The notes: generated by a model from the letters alone, not told the origin. DNA of 64,000 nt from Pseudomonadota bacterium (GCA_043821645.1 JBDRCO010000087.1:64001-128000), one strand, 5' to 3'. Counted from the stretch's first letter, positions 26,575 to 36,412 are shown. Numbers and translations: made by a program.

Positions 26575-28953
26575 ATGAACGCGTGGCAAAGCCAGGTGGA
26601 GCGTGGCCCCAGGCTGCAGTGGAGTGGTACCCGGGACGGCATCCTGCTGTGCGTGGTCGCGGGCCTCCTGCTGCTGAGTGCATGCCCCGACCCCGCCGCT
26701 CCGTGCACGCGAACATCGGACTGTCAGGACGATGCGATCTGCGTCGAGGCTCAGTGTCGTCGTGTCTGCAACGCCAGCGAGGACTGCGACGCGGATCAGC
26801 GCTGTGTGCAGGGTGCCTGCATGCCCGTCGCGGTTGCTGCCGACGCAAGCACTCCGCGCGATGCCGCCGCGAGTGACGCACGGCCGGGCGATGGGTCGGG
26901 GAGTGACAGGACCCTCTCCGACGTCGTCGGTGCCGATCGGACCATCCCGGATGCTGCCCGCGACGCGGCGAGATCGGACAGCGGCCGTGATGCCAGTCTG
27001 CGGGTGGATGCCGCGGCCGCAGACCTCCTTTCGATGGTCGATGGCGCCATGGCGGACGGGGCTGTTTCCGATCTCGGATCGACGCTGGTCGACAGTGCCG
27101 CAGCCTACGACGGCAAGAACGACGACGGCACGGCGACCTCCCTGGACGTGCCGATCCCGAGTGACGCGGCGACCGACGCCTCCGCGGCCACCGACGCGAC
27201 GTCACCGGATGTGACGGTATCGCTCTGTGGCAACTGGCAGATCGATAGCGATGAGGGCTGCGACGACGGCGATCGCTATGACAGCGACGGGTGCTCCTCG
27301 CTGTGCCAGGTCGAAACCGGCTGGCACTGTGGTGGCGAGCCCTCGCGGTGCTGCCCCGACGGCTACCAGGACAACGACCTCGATGGCTCCTGTGAGCCCA
27401 CCTGCGCGACGGCCGGCCTCGCCGGCTGCAGCGGCCACGGCACCTGCAGCGACCTCGGTGGAACCGCCATCTGTAGCTGTGCGCACTTCTTCGAGGGGAC
27501 GAGCTGTGATGCGTGCGTGGTCCGCGTCAAGCTGGGGCGCACGGGAGACGGCAGCAGCTGGGACCTGGCGCTGCCGTCGGTGCAGGCTGGCGTCGACAAG
27601 GCGTCGACCTTGGCGGGAGTCCCCTCGATCTGCCAGGTGAGGGTCGCCACCGGCACCTTTCAGGTGCTCCAGCCCATCGTCATGTCGGCAGGGCTGGCAG
27701 TCATTGGCGGCTACGCAGGCGAGGGCGCGACCCCCGACCTCCAGGACTCCGAGGCCACGCCCTCGGTGCTGGATGGCATGGGGCAAGTTCGCCACATCAT
27801 CGAGGCCAAGAGCAACAATCTGTTCATGGGTTTGACGCTGCGCAAAGGTCGCGCGTCTCAATCGTCGGGTCCGAATTCGCAAGGTGCGGGTCTGTACCTG
27901 GCTCCCGGGGCTCAGTCCGTGATCATCCAGCGCTGCATCTTCGTCGACAACGAGGCGCGCAGCTGGGGGGGGGCCTTGTCTCTCGAATCCGCCGACGCCA
28001 AAGTGGTGGACAGCGTGTTCGTCGCCAACTTCACCACGCGTTCGGAGGAGACCTACGGAGGCGGCGCCATCAATGTTTTTCAGTCGACGCTGCTGCTGCA
28101 GGACAGCGTGGTGACGGGCAACACCAGCGCCGGCGCGGGTGGTGCGCTGCGCGCTGAGGACAGCACGGTGGTGATCGAGCGCTGCGTGCTGGCAGGTAAC
28201 AGCGCGGGCTTCACCGGCGGTGCCCTGCGTGTCCAGGGCACGTCGAGCGTCCTCACCTTGATAGGCAGTGTGCTCGTCGGCAACCTGGCCAGTGGACCCG
28301 GAGCGTTGGCCGGCAACGGCGGCGGACTTCGCTTGTTCGAGGGCCGGGCCACAATCTCGGGCTGCACGCTTGTCCACAACCAGGCCTATGGGGAAGCGGG
28401 TCTGTCCTTCGGAACGCCGGCCACGGCCATGCAGGTTCGCAACTGCGTGGCCTGGGCCAATGTGCCGCCGGTCGAGCAGGTCGATTCGATTGGCCCGGAT
28501 GTCGCCTTCAGCAATGTCGAGAACTGGACCTCCGGTGGCGCCGGGATGAAGAGCGAGGACCCGCAGTTTGGTATTCCTCTCGTCGGGACCTGGACCGCGG
28601 ACGCGGTGACCGATCTGGATCGCGCTCGAAGCCTGCTCACCGATGGTGGCGCGTCGTGGATTCCGGGCCGGCTGGCGGGCCGCCTGGTGCGGGTCAACAC
28701 CTCCAGCGGTATCGCCGAGTACCTCGTCGTGGATAACTCCGCCACCGAGTTGCTGGTCCAGGGTGTGCTCCAGGGGGTCCCCCTGCACGGCAAGGACTAC
28801 GCGATCTCCGACTACCGGCCGCAGTCGACATCGCCCTGCATCGATTCCGCCGACACCCTTTTCCTGGAGCCGGACCTGCTGGGCCACGCGCGGGTGTGTC
28901 CGGACGGCCTGCCTGGCTGCCCGGACATGGGGTGCTACGAGTTCACACCCTGA
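26575..28953 (+). CDS. Cys-rich surface lipoprotein with myxococcal Cys repeat, EGF-like module and right-handed beta-helix
   Basis: LLLLSAC; CGNWQIDSDEGCDDGDRYDSDGCSSLCQVETGWHC; CSGHGTC...CSC...FEGTSC; repeated N-x-A-x-x-x-GGAL; C-terminal SPCIDSA...PDMGCYE; start 26566 or 26575. Confidence 0.82.
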   Translation: MNAWQSQVERGPRLQWSGTRDGILLCVVAGLLLLSACPDPAAPCTRTSDCQDDAICVEAQCRRVCNASEDCDADQRCVQGACMPVAVAADASTPRDAAASDARPGDGSGSDRTLSDVVGADRTIPDAARDAARSDSGRDASLRVDAAAADLLSMVDGAMADGAVSDLGSTLVDSAAAYDGKNDDGTATSLDVPIPSDAATDASAATDATSPDVTVSLCGNWQIDSDEGCDDGDRYDSDGCSSLCQVETGWHCGGEPSRCCPDGYQDNDLDGSCEPTCATAGLAGCSGHGTCSDLGGTAICSCAHFFEGTSCDACVVRVKLGRTGDGSSWDLALPSVQAGVDKASTLAGVPSICQVRVATGTFQVLQPIVMSAGLAVIGGYAGEGATPDLQDSEATPSVLDGMGQVRHIIEAKSNNLFMGLTLRKGRASQSSGPNSQGAGLYLAPGAQSVIIQRCIFVDNEARSWGGALSLESADAKVVDSVFVANFTTRSEETYGGGAINVFQSTLLLQDSVVTGNTSAGAGGALRAEDSTVVIERCVLAGNSAGFTGGALRVQGTSSVLTLIGSVLVGNLASGPGALAGNGGGLRLFEGRATISGCTLVHNQAYGEAGLSFGTPATAMQVRNCVAWANVPPVEQVDSIGPDVAFSNVENWTSGGAGMKSEDPQFGIPLVGTWTADAVTDLDRARSLLTDGGASWIPGRLAGRLVRVNTSSGIAEYLVVDNSATELLVQGVLQGVPLHGKDYAISDYRPQSTSPCIDSADTLFLEPDLLGHARVCPDGLPGCPDMGCYEFTP

Positions 28954-28980
28954 GCGCAGACCGCCGGCGCAGGTTCTGTA

Positions 28981-29793
28981 TCAGGCGGGTACCGATGCAG
29001 CCTGCGCGGCCAGATGGCGCTCGCGGGCGATGAGGGCTGCACCCAGGGCACCCACGGTGTCAGGTTCGGGTGGTACACGCACCTCGCAGCCGAGCACGTG
29101 GCTCAGGGCGCGCACGACACCACCGTTGCGGGCCACGCCTCCGCTCATGGCGACGGGGAGGCCGGCAAGGTTCGCCGCGACACGCCGCACCAGGGCCTGG
29201 GTGCGCGCTGCGATGGCGCGGTGCAGACCCGCCGCGATCTCGCGCACCTCAACGCCGTCGGCGATGAGCGACACCACCTCGCTCTCGGCGAACACGGTGC
29301 AGGTACTGCTGATGCGCAGGTCTCCGCGAGCCCCCTGATCGAGCGTCGCCAGATCCTCAAGGTCCAGCTCGAGGGCTCGTGCCATGGCCTCGAGAAAGCG
29401 CCCGGTGCCGGCCGCGCACTTGTCGTTCATGGCGAACTCGAGCACCTTGCCGCCGGGCCCCAGCAGGATGGCCTTCGAGTCCTGACCGCCGATGTCGACC
29501 AGCACACGGGTATCCGGCAGCAGCGCCGCGACCCCGCGGGCATGGCAGGTGATCTCGGTGACCGCGGCCAGCTTGTCGTCCACGCGATTGCGGCCGTAAC
29601 CCGTCGCCACCAGCGCCGCAACGGCGTCCTCGCCAATACCCGCCTGTTGCAGTACTTCGGCCCGGGCCCGGGCCAGGGCTTCGCGGTTGCGCGCTCCGGT
29701 GGGGATCACGCTGCGTCCGCAGACCTGGCCCGCGTCGTCGATGATCACCGCGTCGCAGCTCAGGCTGCCGATGTCCACGCCCAGAAAGTACAC
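28981..29793 (-). CDS. ATP-dependent activator of 2-hydroxyacyl-CoA dehydratase (HgdC/BadF-BadG-BcrA-BcrD family)
   Basis: GVDIGS, ATGYGR, EITCHARG, DIGGQDSK, MNDKCAAGTGRFLE, ISSTCTVFAESE, GGVARN; RBS AGGAGG before GTG 29793. Confidence 0.93.
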   Translation of the reverse strand: MYFLGVDIGSLSCDAVIIDDAGQVCGRSVIPTGARNREALARARAEVLQQAGIGEDAVAALVATGYGRNRVDDKLAAVTEITCHARGVAALLPDTRVLVDIGGQDSKAILLGPGGKVLEFAMNDKCAAGTGRFLEAMARALELDLEDLATLDQGARGDLRISSTCTVFAESEVVSLIADGVEVREIAAGLHRAIAARTQALVRRVAANLAGLPVAMSGGVARNGGVVRALSHVLGCEVRVPPEPDTVGALGAALIARERHLAAQAASVPA

Positions 29794-29818
29794 GCGGCCT
29801 CCTGCCGTCGCGATCGCC

Positions 29819-31042
29819 TCAGGTCGCGCCACCGCCCAGGGTCTCGAGGAAAGCCTCGATGCGCGTGCGCAGCGGGCCCGCGGCAAAGTTGCGGTCGTCG
29901 ACGCAGTCCACTTCGAGGTTGAGCACGGGCACCCCAACGTCACGCAGGCCCTGGGTCACCAGCCCGCGCGCGCCCGTGCCCTGGCGGCAGCCAAAGTGGC
30001 AGGGGTTGATGGCGCCGTCCACCTGGTAGCGCTGTGCCAGATCCTGCAGGTGCGCAATGCGGCGCTCGACCCGGCCGTTGAGGGGCAGGGCAATGCAGCG
30101 TCTGGCCAGGCCCTCGAAGGGACGATCGGGATCGATGGCGGGCCAGGTCACGTCGTTGAGCTCGTCGACCACTACCGCGGCTGCGCCCTCGTGCTCGATG
30201 CGCTCGACGAGGTCGTTCTTGAACTGGATGCGGTTCTGCAACCACAGCAGGCGCGCGCTGGCCTCGGGCACCCCGGCTTCACCGCGCTCCACCCGCGCAG
30301 CCAGCTCGTCGCGAAAAGCCTGGACCACGGCGATGCCCTCGTCGGTACCGAACAGCAGCGAGGTCACGATGCCGAAGTTCTTGAGGTCCTCGCCGCGCAC
30401 CGGCGACGGTTTGCGCGCGGCCAGGGCATACACCTCGAGAAGCAGCTCGCGCATGGTGTTGCCGCGGAGGATCACCTGGCGCAGCACAGCCTCGTCGAGC
30501 TCGCGGCCGGTCACCCGGGTCACGTGCGTGGCCAGGGTGCGGAGCTGTTCGGTCACGAAGCGCACGCTGGCCGGATCCTCGTCGAGCGGGATGTGCAGCA
30601 CGAAGAGTTCGCGGTCGAACTGCCGCGCCAGCACTTCCAGGGTCGCCACGCCGCTGGAGCAGGGACTGGTGGTGGCCACCAGCAGATCGGGAGCAGGCAT
30701 GGTGCCCTGGCGCAGCGCACCCTGCACAGCGCGATGATAACCGCAGGCATCCGGGGTGAAGCCCGCAGCGCCGGCGACGTCGAGCAAGGGGCCGACGCCA
30801 CCGGTGGCCGAGAGCATGGCACCCACGAACTCGACGAAGCAGGAGGTCACACCAAAGGCGCTGAGCAGGTCAAAGGGCGCCAGCACTCCGCACCAGGCCA
30901 CAGGTTCACGACCTTGGTACAGTCGCTGGCCCAGCCGGGCCATGGCCAGGGCCAGCAGGCGGCGATGGCGTGGTCGATGGGGCTCGCGGGCGAGCTTGGC
31001 TTCGAGTCCCGCCACCATGGCGTCGAAGTAGGCGTTCATCAT
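29819..31042 (-). CDS. 2-hydroxyacyl-CoA dehydratase family subunit (HgdA/FldB-like)
   Basis: DACGYHR, SPCSSG, YQVDGAINPCHFGCRQ, PVLNLEVDCVD, RTRIEAFLE. Confidence 0.88.
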   Translation of the reverse strand: MMNAYFDAMVAGLEAKLAREPHRPRHRRLLALAMARLGQRLYQGREPVAWCGVLAPFDLLSAFGVTSCFVEFVGAMLSATGGVGPLLDVAGAAGFTPDACGYHRAVQGALRQGTMPAPDLLVATTSPCSSGVATLEVLARQFDRELFVLHIPLDEDPASVRFVTEQLRTLATHVTRVTGRELDEAVLRQVILRGNTMRELLLEVYALAARKPSPVRGEDLKNFGIVTSLLFGTDEGIAVVQAFRDELAARVERGEAGVPEASARLLWLQNRIQFKNDLVERIEHEGAAAVVVDELNDVTWPAIDPDRPFEGLARRCIALPLNGRVERRIAHLQDLAQRYQVDGAINPCHFGCRQGTGARGLVTQGLRDVGVPVLNLEVDCVDDRNFAAGPLRTRIEAFLETLGGGAT

Positions 31043-32076
31043 GCGACGTCCCCCAGCATCTCGACGAAGGCCTCGATGCGCGTGCGCTGCTGACCCAGGG
31101 TGCGCTGGGTGCAGTCCCCCTCGAGCACCAGCAGGGGGAGGCCCGCCTCGCGAAAGGCGTCGCGCACCGTGGGCATGCGCGCCAGGTAGGGATCGCAGAA
31201 CTTGAGGCTGTGGGCGATGGCACCGCGAGCCCCGGCTGTGCGCGCCCGCTCGACGAGAATCTGCCCCAGCCGTCCGGGTGGCGAGGTCACGGTGCGCGCG
31301 CAGGGCGGTCGCTGCAGCCAGGCTCTCGCCAGCGCATTCAGGACATCCCCGTCGTCACCAGGCGCGGGCGGCAGCGCCGAGAACAGCCGCGAGCCCGTGC
31401 ACAGGTCGTCATCCACCACCCGCGCGCCGCAGGCCGCGAGCAGCTCCATGGCTTCGGGGTCTGACATCACATTGCCGAAGAGCAGCACCGGCACGCCCGG
31501 GATCGCGGTGCCGGGTGTGACGGCGGCGGCCTCGAGTTCCGGCAGCACGTGGTCCCAGTCCTCGGTGCTGGCGCGGTTGTGCCAGCGCTGCGCCTCGGTG
31601 CCGGCACCTTGCCTGAGCCGGGCCAGGGCCTCGGCCACGCGCTGATACCGCTGCCACGAGCGGCGCAGGTCCACATCGCCGACAGGCTGCCCACCCCAGG
31701 ATGGCAACAGCGCCGCCAGGCGGGTGAGCTCCGAGGCGAAGAAGTTCGTCGACGTCTCGCGGACCTCGGCCGGCAGGTCGAGCAGCAGCGACGGCACTTC
31801 GGGGCGCGCCCGTGGCCAGGCGTCGGCCAGGCGCCGCATGGCATCGCAGCTGTTCATGAACACCACGCCCGCGAGCTCGGGGAGATCGCCGGCCCGCGCG
31901 CGGTCGAGCACGCGCTTGACGTGCGCGCACAGGTTGTCGTGCAGCAGTTCACCCGCGACCTCGTCGCAGTCGCTCTCGGGCAGGATGCGGTAGGGCGCAA
32001 GGCCCGCCGCGTCGAGCAGGGGCAGCGGTGTGTAGGCGCAGGTGAAGCCGACGCGCGGTCTGTCGTCGCTGCTCAC
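31039..32076 (-). CDS. 2-hydroxyacyl-CoA dehydratase family subunit (HgdB/BcrC-like)
   Basis: GFTCAYTP, NLCAHVK, NSCDAMRRL, DDLCTGSR, PPCAR, LKFCDP, QRTRIEAFVEML. Confidence 0.88.
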   Translation of the reverse strand: MSSDDRPRVGFTCAYTPLPLLDAAGLAPYRILPESDCDEVAGELLHDNLCAHVKRVLDRARAGDLPELAGVVFMNSCDAMRRLADAWPRARPEVPSLLLDLPAEVRETSTNFFASELTRLAALLPSWGGQPVGDVDLRRSWQRYQRVAEALARLRQGAGTEAQRWHNRASTEDWDHVLPELEAAAVTPGTAIPGVPVLLFGNVMSDPEAMELLAACGARVVDDDLCTGSRLFSALPPAPGDDGDVLNALARAWLQRPPCARTVTSPPGRLGQILVERARTAGARGAIAHSLKFCDPYLARMPTVRDAFREAGLPLLVLEGDCTQRTLGQQRTRIEAFVEMLGDVA

Positions 32077-32101
32077 AAGGAACCCGATCTCCCGGCCGAG
32101 C

Positions 32102-34588
32102 TCACGCCTCGGCCAGGGCCTTGAGTTCGACCTCGCTGCGGTCGCGCATGGCGATGGCGCCGGCGAAACACTTGCGGGTGCACAGGCTGCAACCGATGCA
32201 CAGGGAGGGATCGAAGCCGGGCCGCTTCTCGTCGTCGAGGGACACCGCCAGGTAGCCGCACCGCGTGCAGTTGCCGCAGTGTGTGCACAGCTCGGCGGTC
32301 AGCTGCGGAATGCGCTTGGTGGCGGGAAGCTCCATGAAGTCGGAGATGGGGTCCGGCAGGGCACGGCCGATGAGCTCGTCGACCGAGGCGATGCCGCGGC
32401 TCTGCAACAGGTAGGACAGACCGCCGTGCAGCTCGTCGATGACGTGCACGCCGTACTTCATGGCCACGGTGCAGAACTGCACCGAGCGCGCGCCCAGGGC
32501 CAAGAAGTGCGCCGCCGCCATGTAGTCCATGGGGCCGCCGTTGCCCGAGACGTACACCCCGAGCTTGGCCACCGAGGCCAGGGTCAGGTTGCTGATGGGC
32601 GCCACGCCCTGACCGCTCATGCCGACCAGGATGCCCTCGTCCCAGTTTTGCTTGCGGCCGGGGCGGAAGGACAGCGACGGGAAGGTGTTGGCGAGCGTCA
32701 CGCCGGCCTTGGCATCGGGGTGGCGGTCCAGCACCTCCTTGACCGCGCGCACGATGACCGCGATCGAGGTCACGGCGCCGGTGAGCTTGAACAGCTTGGG
32801 CACGGCCGGGTCACCCGCGGTGAGGATCCAGTCGATGATCTTGGCGGTCAGGCCCGGCGACTGCGACACGATGTCGCCCTCGGTGCCGTCGCCACCCTGG
32901 GGGCAGCTCAGGCTGTACTCGATGGCCATGGCCCCAGCCTGTTCGAGCTTCTTGGTATTGCTCAGCCAGCCGGCCTGGTCGTGGGCGTCATCCCCGGTGA
33001 CGGGTCCGCCGGTCGAGGCGGCGATGAGGCGCTGCGGGTACTCGCGCACCAGCTGGCCGATCTCCTCGCATACCCGGCTCAGAGGATGGTCGCTGACGTT
33101 GTCGCAGTTAGCATAGGTGCGCTCGTCGAAGACGTGCATGTACTCCGACGGGATGTGGATGGGCACGCCGTCGAAGGCGGTCTTCATGATTCCGCCGGCC
33201 CAGCCCGCGTCGAGGGCCTTCTTCATCTGCGCATAGCCATCGGTGGGGGGAGCCGCCGACAGCAAGAAGGGCGAGGGCAGCATGCGGCCGAAGAAGCTCA
33301 CATCGAGGGCCACCGGCAGCTCGCGGTGGCCGCGCACGCGGATGGTGCTCTTGCGCGGCTTCTCGATGGCGGGGATGGACCTCTTGTTGAGGAAGGCCGT
33401 GATCTGCAGGGCTGCGTTCTTGCCCGCGGCCGAGGCCTCGACCGCGGACCCGGCACCATGGGCCGCGTCGCCGGCAGCGAACACCGCCGGGTTACCGCTG
33501 GGCTTGAGTGCGGGGCGATTGCCGATGGCCACGATGATCTGGGAGAAGTCGTCGAGGACCTGGGCGCTGTGCGGACTGTCCTGGACCTTGGCCGGGTGAA
33601 ACTTCTCGTTCGCGGGCAGCTGCACACGCAGCACCTCGATGCCCGCCACCTTGCCGTCCCGCTCGACCACCTTGGCGACCCGGGTGCGGCCGTTGATCTG
33701 GATCTGCTGCTCGAGGAGCAGCGTGAGCTCCTTGGGGGTCAGCGGCATCTCGCCAACCTTCTCCAGGGCGAACATCTCGACCTCGGCGCCCTTGAGCCTC
33801 GCCGTCACCGCGCAGTCGCAGGCGATGGCACCACCCCCCACCACCGCGACCCGGCCATTGGCCGGATAGGCTCCGGGATTGGCCAGGTAGGCATTGCCGG
33901 CCACGCTCAGGTGTTCACCGTCGATGCCGAGCACGATGGGCTGGTGCAGGCCCACGCACAGCAGCACGGCCTCGAAGCCCTGGCGCAGCAGTTCCTCGGG
34001 CTTTTCCACGGCGCTGTTGAGATGCAGCTCGATGCGCGGGTGGCTACACAGCCAGCGCACGTCGCTGTCCAGCACCTCGGGGTCCATGCGCAGGGGTGGG
34101 ATCAGAGCGCAGGCGCCGCCGGCGCGAGCCCCGCGGTCGAAGATGTCGACCTGGTGGCCGGCCTGGGCCAGGGTCAGCGCTGCTGCCAGGCCCGCGGGCC
34201 CGGCGCCTATCACCGCCACCTTGTGACCGCTCGGGGCGGTCACCTCGAGCTCGGGCATGACCTTGAGCGCCTTGGCGCGCGCCACCAGGGCCGCCTGCAC
34301 CGTCGGGATCTCGATGGCGCGATCGAACAGGGTGTGCGAGCACGCGGCCTGGCAATGCGTGTCCGGGCAGATGGCGCCGCACACTCCGCCCAGGGGGTTC
34401 TTGGTCATGATGCCGGCGACCGCGCGCGCGATGTCCGAGGTCCGCATGCCGCGCGCTGCCATGATGAAGTCCGCGGGCGAGCAATCCGCCGGACAGGCCC
34501 TCATGCAGGGCTTCTCCTCGCAGTACTCGCAGCGCTCGAGCTCGGTCTTGAGCTGGGCATCGGACATGAAGAGCGGTGTGTGATGCAT
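32102..34588 (-). CDS. Single-chain dihydropyrimidine dehydrogenase-like Fe-S flavoenzyme (PreT+PreA fusion)
   Basis: CEYCEEKPCMRACP, NPLGGVCGAICP, GAGPAGL, GGGAIACD, FMN barrel with SLSCPQG/KLT/ANTF, C-terminal CTHCGNC and CIGCSLC ferredoxin motifs; RBS AAGGAG before ATG 34588. Confidence 0.88.
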   Translation of the reverse strand: MHHTPLFMSDAQLKTELERCEYCEEKPCMRACPADCSPADFIMAARGMRTSDIARAVAGIMTKNPLGGVCGAICPDTHCQAACSHTLFDRAIEIPTVQAALVARAKALKVMPELEVTAPSGHKVAVIGAGPAGLAAALTLAQAGHQVDIFDRGARAGGACALIPPLRMDPEVLDSDVRWLCSHPRIELHLNSAVEKPEELLRQGFEAVLLCVGLHQPIVLGIDGEHLSVAGNAYLANPGAYPANGRVAVVGGGAIACDCAVTARLKGAEVEMFALEKVGEMPLTPKELTLLLEQQIQINGRTRVAKVVERDGKVAGIEVLRVQLPANEKFHPAKVQDSPHSAQVLDDFSQIIVAIGNRPALKPSGNPAVFAAGDAAHGAGSAVEASAAGKNAALQITAFLNKRSIPAIEKPRKSTIRVRGHRELPVALDVSFFGRMLPSPFLLSAAPPTDGYAQMKKALDAGWAGGIMKTAFDGVPIHIPSEYMHVFDERTYANCDNVSDHPLSRVCEEIGQLVREYPQRLIAASTGGPVTGDDAHDQAGWLSNTKKLEQAGAMAIEYSLSCPQGGDGTEGDIVSQSPGLTAKIIDWILTAGDPAVPKLFKLTGAVTSIAVIVRAVKEVLDRHPDAKAGVTLANTFPSLSFRPGRKQNWDEGILVGMSGQGVAPISNLTLASVAKLGVYVSGNGGPMDYMAAAHFLALGARSVQFCTVAMKYGVHVIDELHGGLSYLLQSRGIASVDELIGRALPDPISDFMELPATKRIPQLTAELCTHCGNCTRCGYLAVSLDDEKRPGFDPSLCIGCSLCTRKCFAGAIAMRDRSEVELKALAEA

Positions 34589-34983
34589 CGAGCCTTCTCC
34601 TTGGACCCCCGGGCGTGGCATGTCGCGTGCTCTGGCGAGGTTGTATCAGGAATGGGTGCGCCGCTGTGTCACGTTCCCGCGCCGCACCCGACAAGGGCTG
34701 TCCGATCGCACCATCTGTGCGCCATTTCAACTGTTTTCGGTGATGCCTCGCGGTCTGCCTCGGGTGCTCGGCCTCCCTCTCCTGGGTGATCAAGAATCGA
34801 GCAACTGAACCCTGCCAGGCTATCACCTGCATTTATCGGCCAGCGTCGGAGTTAGGCGTTGACTTTGCCATGCCGCAGCGCGATACGGCTGGGCCAGAAG
34901 CGGTCCCGAACCCAGGCGATCGCGATCGCCAGACTGGGACAAACGACGGGCCACGCCCGCCGAGAACAACACAGGAGGAGCTG

Positions 34984-36294
34984 ATGGCAACGACCCTTCA
35001 GGAAAAACTAGGCGAGCTGGTCCCCGAGTGGCGCAAGGAGCGCGCGAGCGTGCTCAAGGAGCTTGGCGACAAGGTGCTCACGCCCGCCACCGTGCAGATG
35101 GCCTTTGGCGGCATGCGCGGCATCAAGGGCATGATCTGCGACACCTCGGTGGTCGAGCCCGACAAGGGTCTCATCATCCGCGGCCGTCCGCTCCTCGACA
35201 TCATGGACCTGTGGCCGGAGCAGACCTTCTGCCTGCTGTTGACCAACGAGATCTATGACCTCGACTCGCCGGTCATCAAGAACTTCCAGAAGGAGATGGA
35301 CCGTCGCTCCCAGCTTCCCGACTACGTGTACGCCGTGCTCGAGTCCATGGCCCCCGACAGCCACCCCATGTGCATGCTCAACACCGCCATCCTGGTCATG
35401 GAGAAGGAGAGCACCTTCCGCCAGATGTACGACAAGGGCATGACCAAGGACGACTACTGGGTGCCCACCGTCGACGACTCGCTGAACATCCTGGCCAAGC
35501 TGCCCGGTATCGCCGCCGCGGTGTATCGTCTGCGCTACGGCAAGGGCGGCTACATCAACTGGACCCCGGGCCTGGACTGGGGCGCCAACTACGCCAACAT
35601 GCTGGGCATCAATGACCCGACCGGCGAGTTTGCCAAGCTGATGCGGCTGTACCTGCACTTCCACTGCGACCACGAGGGTGGCAACGTCTCGGCCAACACC
35701 TGCCACACCGTGGGCAGCGCGCTGAGCGACGCTTACTACTCCGTCTCGGCCGGTCTCAACGGTCTGGCGGGCCCGCTGCACGGCCTGGCCAACCAGGAGT
35801 GCCTGGGCTGGGTGCTCGAGGTCATCGAGAAGTTCGGCGGCGCTCCCACCAAGGAGCAGATCCGCGATATGGCCTTCGAGACCCTGCGTTCTGGCAAGGT
35901 CATCCCGGGTTACGGTCACGCCGTGTTGCGCGTCACCGATCCCCGCTTCACCGGCTTCAACAAGTTCGGCAAGCAGTACCTGGCCAATGACCCCGTGTTC
36001 CAGACCGTCGACCGCGTCTTCGACGTGGTGCCCAAGGTGCTCGAGGAGTACAGCGCCGAGCGCGTCAAGGCTGGCAAGGGCCCCATCGCCAACTTCTGGC
36101 CCAACGTCGATGCCGGCTCCGGCGCCCTGCTGTACCACTACGGCCTCACCGAGTTCCCGTACTACACGGTGCTGTTCTCGGTCAGCCGCGCCATGGGCAT
36201 GCTGAGCCAGTTGATCTGGAACCGCGCTGTGGGCACCGCCATCACGCGGCCCAAGTCGGTCAGCATGGAGTGGATCCGCAAGAACGTGAAGTAA
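34984..36294 (+). CDS. gltA: Citrate (Si)-synthase, eukaryote-like type
   Basis: GGMRGIKG, DHEGGNVSA, GLAGPLHGLANQE, IPGYGHAVLR, WPNVDA, RPKS; RBS AGGAGG. Confidence 0.95.
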   Translation: MATTLQEKLGELVPEWRKERASVLKELGDKVLTPATVQMAFGGMRGIKGMICDTSVVEPDKGLIIRGRPLLDIMDLWPEQTFCLLLTNEIYDLDSPVIKNFQKEMDRRSQLPDYVYAVLESMAPDSHPMCMLNTAILVMEKESTFRQMYDKGMTKDDYWVPTVDDSLNILAKLPGIAAAVYRLRYGKGGYINWTPGLDWGANYANMLGINDPTGEFAKLMRLYLHFHCDHEGGNVSANTCHTVGSALSDAYYSVSAGLNGLAGPLHGLANQECLGWVLEVIEKFGGAPTKEQIRDMAFETLRSGKVIPGYGHAVLRVTDPRFTGFNKFGKQYLANDPVFQTVDRVFDVVPKVLEEYSAERVKAGKGPIANFWPNVDAGSGALLYHYGLTEFPYYTVLFSVSRAMGMLSQLIWNRAVGTAITRPKSVSMEWIRKNVK

Positions 36295-36326
36295 GCTTCC
36301 CGTTCCCTGCGATCGCGTGATTCTCG

Positions 36327-36357
36327 AACCGCCCCCCTCGTGGGGGCGGTTTTTTTT
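36327..36357 (+). terminator. Rho-independent terminator of gltA
   Basis: AACCGCCCCC-CTCGT-GGGGGCGGTT followed by a T run. Confidence 0.9.
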
Positions 36358-36412
36358 GCATCGCGGCGTTCAGGATGTGGCGACGGTCTTTTTCAACAGC
36401 CAGACTCGTGGC

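Noticed and set aside
27965-27973. G9 homopolymer in the beta-helix surface protein
   Set aside because: In frame (W-G-G-A), part of the GGAL repeat; slippage cannot be shown without read data
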